NCBI RefSeq assembly: GCF_001194135.2
Contig: NC_068990.1
Span: forward strand, 38,631,081 to 38,693,993
DNA length: 62,913 bases
Source: Octopus bimaculoides
Taxonomy: Eukaryota
Direction of reading: 5' to 3'
A program made the translations under genes and the position numbers. The notes under the pieces are model-generated. The model was not told the DNA's origin and made no database searches. It saw only the letters and a list, made by a program, of their open reading frames with translations. Numbering within the stretch: the first letter of the stretch is position 1; every line of letters begins with the position of its first letter. Positions 29,146 through 42,644 of this stretch are shown here, in pieces.

Positions 29146-31743
29146 CTATATTTGTAAACATCCCATTTTTGCTCACTGCAAAAATAAAACAATACTGTTG
29201 TGAACTAATGAGTTATTATTTAAACCACGTCTTCAGAAACAAACACTATTATGTAAATGAAGAATGCGTGTATAGTTGTATCTTACAAATCTTTCTGTGG
29301 ATAGAATGAGGTTGTATTTTGTTTCATAAAAGTGTAACAAGCTAATAGCTGTTCAGATCGATTCCATTTTGTTCTGATAATTGGTGAAACAGAAACTGGG
29401 GTGAAATCACTATTCAACTAAAGTTTATTAACATAACGAGTTTAAGTTATATTTCAAATTATGAAGAAAAACGCACATTATGAACGAATTAATTAATTAA
29501 CTCTCGTTAGTAATTGTTATTGCACTCCTATGAAAATTAATCGACCCAGTTTAGCTGCCTCCGGTTTCTGTATAAATATTATTTCGAGTACAAGAACTCT
29601 ATGTAAAAACGTTAACAGCAGAAACAATGTTGCTTTGCTATTTATCTCGGTACTCATTTATACGTTATTTGCCATACAATTGGTTAAGTTCCGATCAGAT
29701 TGTCCACATGTTGACTATCGAAACCTTAGAGACTTTCCTATATTTTCTACAACTGTGTTTTTTTTTCTTTGTGTGTGTGTTTTTGTTTTTGTTTTGTTTT
29801 GTTTTTTATCACAACAATCACAGTATATCTGATATTGTTATTAATGTTGCTAGCCCTGCCAATGTTTTACTTTATACAAACCAACATAATAACATTATAG
29901 TTCTCTTTTTTTTTTCTTCCGTTGTTAGTTTTGTTACTTTGTTATTACGGTAACTTTCTTACTCTTCTATATTTTTTGGTATTCTTATTTCTGGTCATTA
30001 CTTTCTTATCAATTAGCTTTCATTTTTTCCTTTCTTTATTTCCATTCACAGTTGATAATATTCTTGCTGTTGACGTTATTATTACTATCCGCGTTAACGT
30101 TGATACTTGTTGCATATTAAAGGTGTAAATTTGTCCATCCTGCATAATCTCTCTTCTAACATATCAATCATTTGCTTCATTTCTTTCTGATTTTAGCGAC
30201 CATCACTATCTCTCAACTCAGTGTGATATTAAAGCGTGTCATTATACGTCTTAAGTTATTCCTAATTCTCAATCACTAATACTCACAGTACTTGTCCCAC
30301 CGTGTATTTTTTTTTCTTTTCTTCATACTTTCACTTTACCTTTTTCTTNNNNNNNNNNNNNNNNNNNNNNNNNNNNNNNNNNNNNNNNNNNNNNNNNNNN
30401 NNNNNNNNNNNNNNNNNNNNNNNNNNNNNNNNNNNNNNNNNNNNNNNNNNNNNNNNNNNNNNNNNNNNNNNNNNNNNNNNNNNNNNNNNNNNNNNNNNNN
30501 NNNNNNNNNNNNNNNNNNNNNNNNNNNNNNNNNNNNNNNNNNNNNNNNNNNNNNNNNNNNNNNNNNNNNNNNNNNNNNNNNNNNNNNNNNNNNNNNNNNN
30601 NNNNNNNNNNNNNNNNNNNNNNNNNNNNNNNNNNNNNNNNNNNNNNNNNNNNNNNNNNNNNNNNNNNNNNNNNNNNNNNNNNNNNNNNNNNNNNNNNNNT
30701 ATATATATATATATATATATATATACATACATATACACATATATTTGCATATATATACACAAGTGGTATACATATTCATACTTGCATATCTGTATGTAAA
30801 AGTGCGAGTGTTTTTGTGCACACATGTGTGTGTGTATATATATATATATTTGTGTGTGTGTGTGTGTGTGTGTGCATGAGTGTATAGCAACATGTGTATA
30901 AATACATTCATACATAGATTGATGAGTTTTCTTTTTTTTTTATATATATATACTTTCACATTATTATCTAACTGTATATCTAACAAAGCAATAAACAAAG
31001 GCATATCGGTACGTTGATATGTAAATATGTCTGTTCGTACGGTAGATATTAGATTTAACTAAAAATGTCCCCAAACTTGCTGTGGTCAGTCAGTACATCG
31101 TTATGTAATCTAATTGGCTTGCTTTGTAGAAATTGAATAGCGGGCAAAGCGAAACCATATCTCTTCAGCCTTATCAACATCCGGACAATATGTGATGTTA
31201 TTGGTGAGGGTATTGATTTTGGCGTTGGTGACGGGAATTCATGAGGGAAGCGGTGGTGTGATGGTGGTGTTGTTTTGAAAATAACGGATAAAGTTTTTGA
31301 CATGATGATGATTAAATAATTATGATGATAATGGTTTCTCGTGGTCTTCCTTGTGAATTAAAAAAAAAGTAGTAGTAGTTGTATGTCATTAAGTAGTAAA
31401 CAACATGGGGTACAGTAGGCTGCTATATGTATACGAGCAACATACGATGGGCGGTTATTATATTGTAGTAGTGTTACGTGTACAGGTATGGGTTGTTGCT
31501 TTCGTTAAATTATTGTGCATCCCTTTCCATACTATATGTATGAATGCATGTTGTATGTGTGTATACACACACACACATACACACACACACACACACACCT
31601 AGACAGACCACCCTTTCTCTGTCTCATACACACACTCACACACATGTTGGCATACAGAATAGTATAGCAAAGTTTTTGCATCTAATGATGTTCATTTCTC
31701 AAAACAGTCTGACTTGATATGCATACATCATGCATGCACTTAC

Positions 31744-31781
<38 letters not shown>

Positions 31782-32093
31782 CACACACACACACACACAC
31801 ACATACAATCACACAGTAATACGCAGACACAAATATACACGCTCACAAATAACAAAGAAAAAATATGTGGAGACAACTAGCCATGCAGTCACAAGCATTT
31901 ACATACAAGAACACCACATACACTAAAAGAGGGCGAGAGGAATGCACCAGATACACACTTGCTATGCACCAATTCATTCCATTGCTTTTGAATAAATATT
32001 TTGCGTCTTAAAACAGCATGTTCCTTATGATTGTTGGCCCATTCATTGCATCCATTATTACACATACTGAATTTAAGTGTGGTAATGAGGCCT

Positions 32094-32094
<1 letters not shown>

Positions 32095-32161
<67 letters not shown>

Positions 32162-32560
32162 NNNNNNNNNNNNNNNNNNNNNNNNNNNNNNNNNNNNNNN
32201 NNNNNNNNNNNNNNNNNNNNNNNNNNNNNNNNNNNNNNNNNNNNNNNNNNNNNNNNNNNNNNNNNNNNNNNNNNNNNNNNNNNNNNNNNNNNNNNNNNNN
32301 NNNNNNNNNNNNNNNNNNNNNNNNNNNNNNNNNNNNNNNNNNNNNNNNNNNNNNNNNNNNNNNNNNNTATGTAGCAACAACAGCATCAGTAGTGACGGCG
32401 GCGGTAAGGTGGTGGTCGTGACGGTGGTGGCGGTTGTTTTGGTGATAATTGAAGTAGTAGAGGAGGTGGTGATGGTGGTGGTGGCGGCGGTGGCGGCGGC
32501 GGCGGCGGCGCCGGTGGTGGTGGTGGTGGTGGTGGTGGTGGTGGTTGTGGTGGTGGTATC
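32095..32560. repeat. (TAG)n, gap, then (GTG/GCG)n triplet block
   Basis: Direct reading. Confidence 0.9.
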
Positions 32561-33529
32561 AACTTTGAAAGCTGGTTATTTTGTTGGGCGAAATATTGGG
32601 GTGGGGATAGACGGCGATAGTTGTGAGTTTGTGTTGTGGTCGTGCTAGGTAAGTAATCTTCAAGTTAATCTTCAAACTTGTCTCTATAGCTATTGCTCCT
32701 TCTCTTGTCTGTCTCTCAAGCTCTCTCTAGCAATCATCCAGATACTAAGAGGCTATGTATTCCTCTCTCTGTTTGTCAGACTCTTTTGCTTTTTCATACT
32801 TAAAATACCTATACAAACACATGCATATATTCTTCATGTTTTTCTGTCTTAACTTGTCCTCTGTCTTCCTCTGAGTCATTCTCTACCTCAAGCATCACTG
32901 TCTCTTTCTCTCTCTTTTAATCTCTCTCCCTCTTTCAATCTCTCTCTACACCTCTTGATTTAAAGGCACATTACATTCTTTATGTCTCCCTCTCTCTGTG
33001 TCTATCTAACTTTAACACACATACACATAAACACACAAAAAACACATACAAGCATCATATACTCAAAATACCTCCCTCCCTCCCTTTCTTCTTCATTCTC
33101 AATATTGCTTACCATGTTTCTTGGTGGTAAACTCTTAATACAGTGAGGGTAAGATAAACCATCTCTTCCTATTAGACATTAGATGGTTTCGCTCCAAGTC
33201 TAACGTTATATGACAACTACCGCGTATATATTGGTTCTATCATCAGACGCGTGCCAATTCTAATTGGCACTAGCATCTTTTACATGGACGGAGAAACACA
33301 TTTTTCACATTATTCTTATATTATTTGTTATTTTGCGATCAATTTTGTTTTAGTTTTCTTTTTTTTCTTTACCTGTTTTTTCCCATTTTATGCTTTGTTG
33401 TTTATATATATATATTGTTTCTTTGCTTTAGTCTGTTTACGGTTCTTCGATAAAGTAAGATTGGCTAAAAATGATTTTTATTTCAAAATACCCACGTTCA
33501 ATGAATTCTCTTTGCTTTCACTGGAATTT

Positions 33530-33646
33530 TTCTTCTTCTTCTTCTTCTTCTTCTTCTTCTTCTTCTTCTTCTTCTTCTTCTTCTTCTTCTTCTTCTTCTT
33601 CTTCTTCTTCTTCTTCTTCTTCTTCTTCTTCTTCTTCTTCTTCTTC
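33530..33646. repeat. (TTC)39 perfect microsatellite
   Basis: 117 bp of uninterrupted ttc; explains the poly-F/S/K/E ORFs. Confidence 0.95.
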
Positions 33647-33708
33647 TTTTTCTTCGTCATCATCATCAAAATTGTCTTCTTGTCCTGCGCGTATGCAGAC
33701 ACAAGCAT

Positions 33709-33742
<34 letters not shown>

Positions 33743-34096
33743 TACACACACATGAACACACACTCACATATATATACTCCAGACACATGCACAGACACAC
33801 AGACACACATATACTCCACACACGCACGCACACACAAACACACACCCACGCGCAAACACACATACGCACATACACACAACTAGGCAAATTAAGCATATGT
33901 GGACAAATATTTGTCAAAGTCTGAGAATGGACGTATTTGTAAGTCTGTACAGGCATGCAGTACGTTATGGTTATCTCAGCTTAAGCAATTTCCAGCAAAA
34001 TGGAATTTTAAAGTAAGACGACTTAATTTCTGATACAATCTCTAAGTTCCCTCTTAAAGGATCTCGCATAAATTTAGACAATTTAACCACTACGCT

Positions 34097-34275
34097 TCAA
34101 TGTTATTTATAAATTACACATAAGTTGCTTGAATGTATTCATTCAGGATCATTGCGAAACAAAATATTGTGACACCTGTGAACATAGGTGAAAAGAATGT
34201 TGTCAGAGGTTGTGCTGGCCAAATTCTAATCAAGAAAGCTGCCCTTAAGGAAGCGAAGCAGCACCTCAGAGACCT
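34097..34275 (+). repeat. 179-bp direct duplication, copy 1 (copy 2 at 36049-36227)
   Basis: Aligned by eye: 4 substitutions in 179 bp; non-repetitive sequence. Confidence 0.9.
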
Positions 34276-34544
34276 TGTTCAAAACAGTAGCCGGCATTAT
34301 CATTTTATTACACAAATTTCTCTCTTCTGTCTGGACAAGGATCGGTGACTCTAGGTATAAAGTTACTTAAGACACTTCATCAAGAAGATGCGGACCCCTT
34401 GCCTGTCATCATTTCTTGTTTGATAAAATAAATATCAGTTGAACACTGGGATTAGTATAATCGACTGCCCATCGCAACCTGAATTGTATGGCCTCGCGCC
34501 ATAACTGGAAAGTATTTTTATAGCTGTTGTTGTTGTTAAAGCAT

Positions 34545-34730
34545 CGAACTGGCTGAATTGGAAAAAAAAATCGAAAAGCAAAAAAGGAATGCACAACGGT
34601 AATTTTTTCGGTTGAGTACATTCTGCGTTCAAATCTCGCCGAGATCAACTCTGACTTTCATCCTTTCGAGGTCGACAGCATAAAGTACCAGTCAAATACT
34701 GTGGTCGGTGTAATCGACTAATCCCATCCC
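34545..34730 (+). mobile_element. SINE family C, diverged
   Basis: ttctgcgttcaaatctcgccgagatcaactctgactttcatcctttcgaggtcgac...aagtaccagtc...gtaatcgact. Confidence 0.7.
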
Positions 34731-34960
34731 ATTAAAATTCTTGCTACATGCTACGTTGAGGTGTAAAACGTTTTATAACTTTGTTGCTAATAAAAGATAT
34801 TTCGTTTACATTCCAAATACATTATGTTCTCTTTTATGGATAGCTTCATCATACAATTAGGTAAATCTAATGTATGCATATACAATTATATACATATGTG
34901 CGTGTGTGTGTGTGTATTATGTATGCATGGATGTATCTATATACGTGTATATGCATGTAC

Positions 34961-34991
<31 letters not shown>

Positions 34992-36048
34992 CATATATAT
35001 NNNNNNNNNNNNNNNNNNNNNNNNNNNNNNNNNNNNNNNNNNNNNNNNNNNNNNNNNNNNNNNNNNNNNNNNNNNNNNNNNNNNNNNNNNNNNNNNNNNN
35101 NNNNNNNNNCATACATACATATTTAAATGTATATTTGCGCGCGCACACATCTATATATTAATAAAACAAACATGTATGTATGTATGTATGTATGTATGTA
35201 AGCATACAGAAGGGAATATCGTTACATATAGGTGCGTGTAGATGTGTATCTGCGACATTTTGTGTCGGTGACCATTCGTGTGGGACCTTGTGGGTATGCA
35301 TCTATATTTATATTTACAAATACATCATTTTTAATTGACAAATCTTCAAAGATATCTAGGCTGCAGTGAACCATGTATTAGACTATTTGATTTTTCATTG
35401 TGAAACAAATATCAGCCGAGACTATTATATACAAGCACATTTATAAAAGTAATAACTAGTCACACATATTGGTATTTGTTTATGTGTGTGCGTGTGTGTG
35501 TCAATCTCTATATACATATGTATATATATGTATGAGATATTAATATTTAGTACCATATTGCACGCTCAAAAATTTTACTGTATGAGACATTGATCTATTT
35601 ATCACAATTTTCAGTCTGTTAGCAATATTTAGTAATGGATTAGCAAAATCGGCAAAGCGACTGACAATTCCTTGCGGTATTTAGTCAACGCAGAATTGAT
35701 GTTCTGAGTTTAAATTCTTCCAATAACGTGTTTACATTTCTTTCTTTCACTATATATAACACTCATGTCTTATGGTGAATATAATCGACTGTTCCCTCCA
35801 CCAAAATTCTTATATTTGTTTTGTTTGTATAGATTATTAATTTACCATGCTTTTCGAGAATCAATGAAATTTGGACAAAATAACATTTTGTATTTTGTCT
35901 AATCTTCTCTTTTGAGATCAGTTACACCGTGGTTGATATTTATCTTTTCAGAGAATATACAGGTTGATTGAAAAGTTGTTGCACATACAAGGCTTGTGCC
36001 CCAAATGAAATGATGCTTGTAGCGCAAAACTCATAGCTATAACATGCC

Positions 36049-36227
36049 TCAATGTTATTTATAAATTACACATAAGTTGCTTGAATGTATTCATTCAGGA
36101 TCATTGCGAAACAAAATATTGTGACACCTGTGAACATAGGTGAAAAGAGTGTTGTCTGAGGTTGTGCTGGCCAAATTCTAATCATGAAAGCTGCCCTTAA
36201 AGAAGCGAAGCAGCACCTCAGAGACCT
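36049..36227 (+). repeat. 179-bp direct duplication, copy 2
   Basis: See copy 1 at 34097-34275. Confidence 0.9.
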
Positions 36228-37999
36228 GCTAACTGTTCGGCTATAAGAAAGTATTTGATTCTGATCCTTAGTCATGGATAAACGAATCACGTTGCTAGGG
36301 TTTCAACTGCTATAGTCAATGTTATTAAGAGAGTGACAACAATATGGTCCACAGTGTTATCTTTAAAAACTGCACCTACCGCAGTAGTTATAACATAATT
36401 AGACTACAAACTGGAAAAATTTCATCATGACAGCTTACCTATAATGCATTTCCTCTTAGCAGTGAACCCTTTCTCAGCCCTGTTAAGGAACTACAAAGGA
36501 TACATGATAAGAGCTGCAGATGAAAAACGATTGTTTTCGCCTGCATCTTTTTGTTCTTGACTTTACGTTTTACTTGTGTAAAATACATGATATCAAAGGG
36601 CTGTTATGACTTCCCACAATATTTTTACGGGCAGTACAAACGGAGTTCCTAGTACCCGTGTTCATAATTTGTAGTCAAATGAGGGAAGATTGTCAACCAG
36701 GCAAGAAATATAGGCAGTGTGGTTAGAAGAGCGTGAGAGCAGTAAGGGCGCTTTACGGTGAAGAGCCGCGTGGACTTCGGTGGACGTCTACAGATGAGGC
36801 TTCAGAATCAATGACAGCAACTCAACACAAACAACTTCAAAATAGAACACAAAAATATTCTGATGCTCTGTCTGGATAATCAACGAGGTGGTCAAGAGTG
36901 GAATGCCATTATTTATAAGTGTATTAAATCAAGCCAATTCGGCGTTAAGCAACATTGACTACAGCATAAATTTTTGGAATTCATTTTTCTCTATGAAAAT
37001 ATTCATACATACCATTGACAGTGTTATTCGCTATTAACGTCACCATTTTTTCGTCATCTTTGAAATTACACTACCAAAATGGTCGTTTAAAATAGTAAGC
37101 ATCTTTTATTGCCGTTTTAAGAGTAGCATTATATATAGAGATAGTTTATGTCCATATTGTGTATTGAAAATAAGGCACACCCATGATTAATTATTATTTT
37201 GGTTTTTGGGAAACTGAACTCTTTTGAAACATTGTTATTGCTTAAAAAGCGTTTTGGTTTTATAGCATCATATTTTTTCAAGACGTTACAAACATTTTAA
37301 TAGATCTATTTATTTATCCATCTATCCATGCATCCATCTATCTATCTATCTATCTATCTATCTCTCTATCTATCTATCTATCTATCTCTCGCTAACAAGC
37401 TAGCTATCTTTTTCTACATCGTTTGTTTATCTTCTCTGTATTGTGTCTTATTGGTTTCGACAATCATATCACCTATTAACTATTGGTTAATAGTAGAAAT
37501 AATTAGAATGATATAAGTACAACAATGTTAGCAATGATTTGCCTTAACAGTTCACCACAATATGTAGTTAGGATCTGTGCATATTATGATTAGAGGATGT
37601 ATATTTGTTTGACCTAATCATACCTCATGATTGATATACTGGTTGATGGAAGGACATTTGCTTATTAGACAATTGGCTGCCAGTAACTGCTTAATATCAA
37701 TGTATCTGACCACGATAAAGTTGATTAGGTTTTATGCTGCATGTTCAGTAATGTTACTTATATCAGTTCACACACAGAGAGATTGATCAAAATTTTAAAA
37801 ACATAGAGTTTGAATTGATTTTGAAGCCTATGTTTAAAGAATGTGAGGTAGGATACGTTTTCTAATGTAGGTGTTATGAATGAAATTAGGTGCTTCTTAC
37901 TAAGCGATAAAAATATTATGTTCCAGCTTGTCCAATATAATGTAAACTATAGTTAAGGAATCAATCATCTTCTTGAACCCATTTTTTTTCTATTCTCAG

Positions 38000-38103
38000 T
38001 GACCAAGATTATTGTTTCTGTTGATGGAAATGTATCAGTAACTGACACATTACCGTTACAGACCAGTGAGTTATCACCCTTGAGAAGAACGAGAAAATCA
38101 ATG
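38000..38103 (+). CDS. Candidate internal coding exon (104 nt, phase 1 to 0), product unknown: xTKIIVSVDGNVSVTDTLPLQTSELSPLRRTRKSM
   Basis: Strong acceptor ttttttttctattctcAG, donor ATG|GTACGT, open frame, unique sequence. No homology recognised. Confidence 0.4.
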
Positions 38104-38760
38104 GTACGTCACTTCATATAAGCTAAACCTTCAACAGTGTCTAGCAAGGGAACGTTCTACTTCAGTTTCACACTCTTTTGCTCCATCGATCTCTCAAGTC
38201 TTCAGTCGAAAATTTCCTGTCAGACGTCTCAGTCACAGTATTCGTAAACTGTATGTTTACACATTGTTTATCTTGTCTCAAATGTTTTTCTCTCATTTTC
38301 AAATACTTTTCCAAACGCTTCTACACAGATTGAAGCTACTTATTTCACTCTTACTTAAACTTGAGTAAATCGGCGCTATCCTTAGCTACACACGCACATA
38401 TAAACACAAAGAGAAGTATACAGTATTTTTAATAGAAAATTTGTAGTTTCTTGGAAAGAAAATTTGTAAATCTTCAAAGGGAGAGTTAATGATATATTTT
38501 CGTTCAACCGCACATGTTTATCAGTCATAACACTATATCTGTATATGTGGACTACACTCAACTGCAGCTCCTCAGTCAATGTCACACAATTTTGAATATT
38601 CTTTAATGGTGCGGTATAATATGTTGCACAATATCAATTGTGCAACATAAAACTCAACCACTACAGAACCAGAAAATATTAGAACACTATGCAGCTTTTG
38701 GTATTCTAAGTATGGGGTCGTCAAATTCCCTTATTATTCGATTAGTATACATTCCTTCAG

Positions 38761-38827
38761 CAACCGGCATGGAGGTGTGTCGCGTCAGTCAACTATACAT
38801 GTTATAAACACACTCTAAAACGATCCA
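38761..38827 (+). CDS. Candidate internal coding exon (67 nt, phase 0 to 1): QPAWRCVASVNYTCYKHTLKRS
   Basis: Acceptor acattccttcAG, donor CCA|GTAAGA. The only open frame is phase 0, which matches the end phase of the 38000-38103 candidate. Confidence 0.3.
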
Positions 38828-39861
38828 GTAAGACAAACCATTGTGAATATTATTGTTATTATATCACCGTAAATATTTCTGACGTTAAGAAAAAATTCTT
38901 GAATTCTAAGGGATGGGCATATCGAAGCCAATATGTCTATGTCCTATAATGAATCAACTCTCAGACGCGCTGTAAGTAAAGTTCGAGTCCTGCGGAAAAT
39001 GAACTCATTACGTGAAGTGTCGCGACTACTTACCGCAAGCCATTTCGTCTGAAGCTCCACCGTATTTCGCAAGTCAGTAGCACTTTTGTAATGAATAATG
39101 TTCTTATTCTTTTTAAAAGTGCTGCTGCTGTTGTTGCTACCATTTGCGATATCTTTTCAAGTACACGATATTGCAGTAATAAACATGTTTTCCTTGTCAC
39201 AATAATGCGCTATATATAAATTGGCTCTGAAATCTTACAAGGACATCTGTCAAAGCACATTAATATCACTCTACAGAAATTTCCGCAACGTTTTGCTATT
39301 TTATTTAACAAATGTAAGTACATGTATAACTATTTTAGCACTCATTCAACTACATACGAATATGTATATGTACGTACACACACACATATATATATATATA
39401 TATTTATATATCTATGTATTACATAGCGAGTGTATATATTTCTGCGTGGGTGTGTGTTGGTGTATAGAGATACACACATATATATGAAGGGGAAAGTGGT
39501 AACAGAAATACATATATAAGCTTATATATATATATATATATNNNNNNNNNNNNNNNNNNNNNNNNNNNNNNNNNNNNNNNNNNNNNNNNNNNNNNNNNNN
39601 NNNNNNNNNNNNNNNNNNNNNNNNNNNNNNNNNNNNNNNNNNNNNNNNNNNNNNNNNNNNNGCAGCACTGCATGTGTTACACATACATCGAAATCTATAA
39701 TTTTTACCACAATACACGTGCAAAAATTCGAATAATAATATTTATATTTACATCCGCAATACAAAAGAACGTGTATGCAATCTTTGATTTGCCGGCGCTA
39801 TTAAGATATTTCATGGAATCACCCTTGCATTTTCTTTTCCTTTGGTAGACAAAATAATCTT

Positions 39862-40054
39862 TTCTCCTTTAGGCACAAGGCCCGAAATGTTTGAGAAGGT
39901 GGCCAGTCGATTAGATCGACACCAGTACGCAACTGCTACTTAATTTATCGATCACCGATAGGATGAGAGGCAAAGTCGACCTCGGCGGAATTTGAACGCA
40001 GAACGTAAAGACAGCCGAAATACCGCTAAGCATTTCGCTCGGTGAGCTAGCGTT
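39862..40054 (-). mobile_element. SINE family C
   Basis: Reverse complement contains gttctgcgttcaaattccgccgaggtcgactttgcc...gatctaatcgactggcc...tttcgggccttgtgcct. Confidence 0.9.
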
Positions 40055-40055
40055 T

Positions 40056-40258
40056 ATTATTTCTTTATTGCCCACAGAGGGCTAAACATAGCGGGGACAA
40101 ACAATGACAGACAATGGAATTAAGTCGATTACATTGACCCCGAAACGATGAAAGGCAACACCAACCTCGGCGGAATTTGAACTCAGAATGTAGCGGCAGA
40201 CGAAATACCGCTAAGCATTTCGCCCGGTGTACTAACGTTTCTGCCAGCTAGCCGCCTT
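40056..40258 (-). mobile_element. SINE family C head with an alternative 3' tail
   Basis: Full head aaggcggctagctggcagaaacgttag...gttcaaattccgccgagg; tail (..cccgctatgtttagccctctgtgggcaataaagaaata) differs from the adjacent copy. Confidence 0.85.
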
Positions 40259-40514
40259 AGGGTAAACAAATTCCGTCATGAATGATACGAAACCAATATT
40301 CCTTCTGTCTTCTAAATATATACCAACTATGTACGAATATGTATGAACGCCACCACACATCAGTAGATTTGATGACTGTTTATGAGTCTATTTTCTAATG
40401 CAAAAGATGATATCAATGGAAAGAGTAAATATTTTCATCACACACACACGCACACACACACACATGTGTGTGCATGCACATATAAACATACAGTTATTCC
40501 ATGCATACGTATGC

Positions 40515-40588
40515 ATATGAATATACCTACACATATAGGTATATGAATATACCTACACATATAGGTATATGAATATACCTACACATAC
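40515..40588. repeat. 26-bp tandem repeat, about 2.9 units (atatgaatatacctacacatataggt)
   Basis: Units start at 40515, 40541 and 40567. Confidence 0.9.
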
Positions 40589-40999
40589 AGGCGCAGGAGT
40601 GGCTGTTTGGTAAGTAGCTTACTCACCAACCACATGGTTCCGAGTTCAGTTCCACTGCGTGGAACTTTTGGCAAATGTCTTCTACTATAGCCTCGGGGCA
40701 ACGAAAGCCTTGTGAGTGGATTTGGTAGACGGAAACTGAAAGAAGCCCGTCGTATATATGTATATGTTTGTGTGTGTATATGTTTGTGTGTCTGTGTTTG
40801 CCCCCCCCCCCAGCATCGCTTGAAAACCGACGCTGGTGTGTTTACGTCCCCGTAACTTAGCAGTTCGGCAAAAAAGACTAATAGAATAAATACTAAGCTT
40901 CCAAAGAATAAGTCCTGGGGTCGATTTGCTCGACTAAAATGGTGGTGCTCCAGCATTGCCGCAGTCAAATGACTGAAAGAGGTAAAAGAGTAAAAGAGT
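40589..40999 (+). mobile_element. tRNA-derived SINE family A, full length
   Basis: Aligns end to end with 12797-13256; tail (taaaagag)n. Confidence 0.9.
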
Positions 41000-41500
41000 A
41001 TATGCGTGTGTGTGTGTGCGTGCGTGAGTGTAGCGTATGAGGGTGTCAGTGTACTCTTACTATTGAATAGACAACTGGAAGTATTTAACTCAATGCAATT
41101 TATAAAAGTTATCAAGGAAAATACGTCCAATGTGCAAATTAATTTCTTTTCCTGTATTATTATGCAGCTGTTTCGCAAGGTCAGTTCTGCTTGTCAAAGC
41201 AAAATCAACATAACTAATTGCGTAGAACACTAAGATCTTTCCAAAGACTTTTCGATACTAAATCATTTTTTATTTTTTTATATTTCAAAAATACTCTTTC
41301 GTTTTAGGAGATAAGTCAAACTGAACTGATAAACGTTAGAAAGTAGAGCAATCCCACTAAGCAATGCAGCCAAATATTTATTATGCCTATCAGTATAAGA
41401 TGCCACATAAATTTGCAGCAGAGACTTCAACGTAAATTTATTATAGGTTAAAAACGTTAAACTGCTGCTATATAGTTATACATAAATGCATGCATAGAGG

Positions 41501-41532
<32 letters not shown>

Positions 41533-42248
41533 CATACATATATANNNNNNNNNNNNNNNNNNNNNNNNNNNNNNNNNNNNNNNNNNNNNNNNNNNNNNNN
41601 NNNNNNNNNNNNNNNNNNNNNNNNNNNNNNNNNNNNNNNNNNNNNNNNNNNNNNNNNNNNNNNNNNNNNNNNNNNNNNNNNNNNNNNNNNNNNNNNNNNN
41701 NNNNNNNNNNNNNNNNNNNNNNNNNNNNNNNNNNNNNNNNNNNNNNNNNNNNNNNNNNNNNNNNNNNNNNNNNNNNNNNNNNNNNNNNNNNNNNNNNNNN
41801 NNNNNNNNNNNNNNNNNNNNNNNNNNNNNNNNNNNNNNNNNNNNNNNNNNNNNNNNNNNNNNNNNNNNNNNNNNNNNNNNNNNNNNNNNNNNNNNNNNNN
41901 NNNNNNNNNNNNNNNNNNNNNNNNNNNNNNNNNNNNNNNNNNNNNNNNNNNNNNNNNNNNNNNNNNNNNNNNNNNNNNNNNNNNNNNNNNNNNNNNNNNN
42001 NNNNNNNNNNNNNNNNNNNNNNNNNNNNNNNNNNNNNNNNNNNNNNNNNNNNNNNNNNNNNNNNNNNNNNNNNNNNACAGATATATGCATTTTTAAAGCA
42101 CTTTGATTTGGTTCCGTGCTACTCCACGCTTCTGGGATGTCCAGAATGAATTGCAGAATCCTGAAGGGGTTGGGGTCCACTTAATGGCCTACGAAACTTG
42201 AAGTAGCATAGTACCAAATCAAACTGTATAAAATAATACATGTAACTT

Positions 42249-42644
42249 AGGCGCAGGAACGGCTGTGTGCTAAGAACCTTGCTTCACAACCACATGGTTC
42301 CGGGTTCAGCACCACTGCGTGGTACCTTGGGCCAGTGTCTTCTACTATAGCCTTGGGCCGATCAAAGCTTTGTGAGTGGATTTGGTAGACGGAAACTGAA
42401 AGAAGCCTGTCGTATATATATTTATATGTGTGTGTGTCTATGTATGTATCTATTTGTGTGTCTGTGTTTGTCCCACACCATCGCTTGATATCCGATGTTG
42501 ATACCCGTAACTAAGCAGTTCAGCAAACACGACCGATGAAATAACAACCAGGCTTACAAAGAATATGTCCTGGGGTTGATTCGTTCGACTAAATGCGGTG
42601 CTCCAGCATGACTGCAGTCAAATGACTGAAACAAGTAAAAGAGT
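42249..42644 (+). mobile_element. tRNA-derived SINE family A
   Basis: Same head, body and 3' end as the 12797 and 40589 copies. Confidence 0.9.

Noticed and set aside
33251-33270. Perfect 9-bp inverted repeat gtgccaatt-ct-aattggcac
   Set aside because: One such palindrome is roughly what chance predicts in 63 kb of AT-rich DNA; no supporting context.
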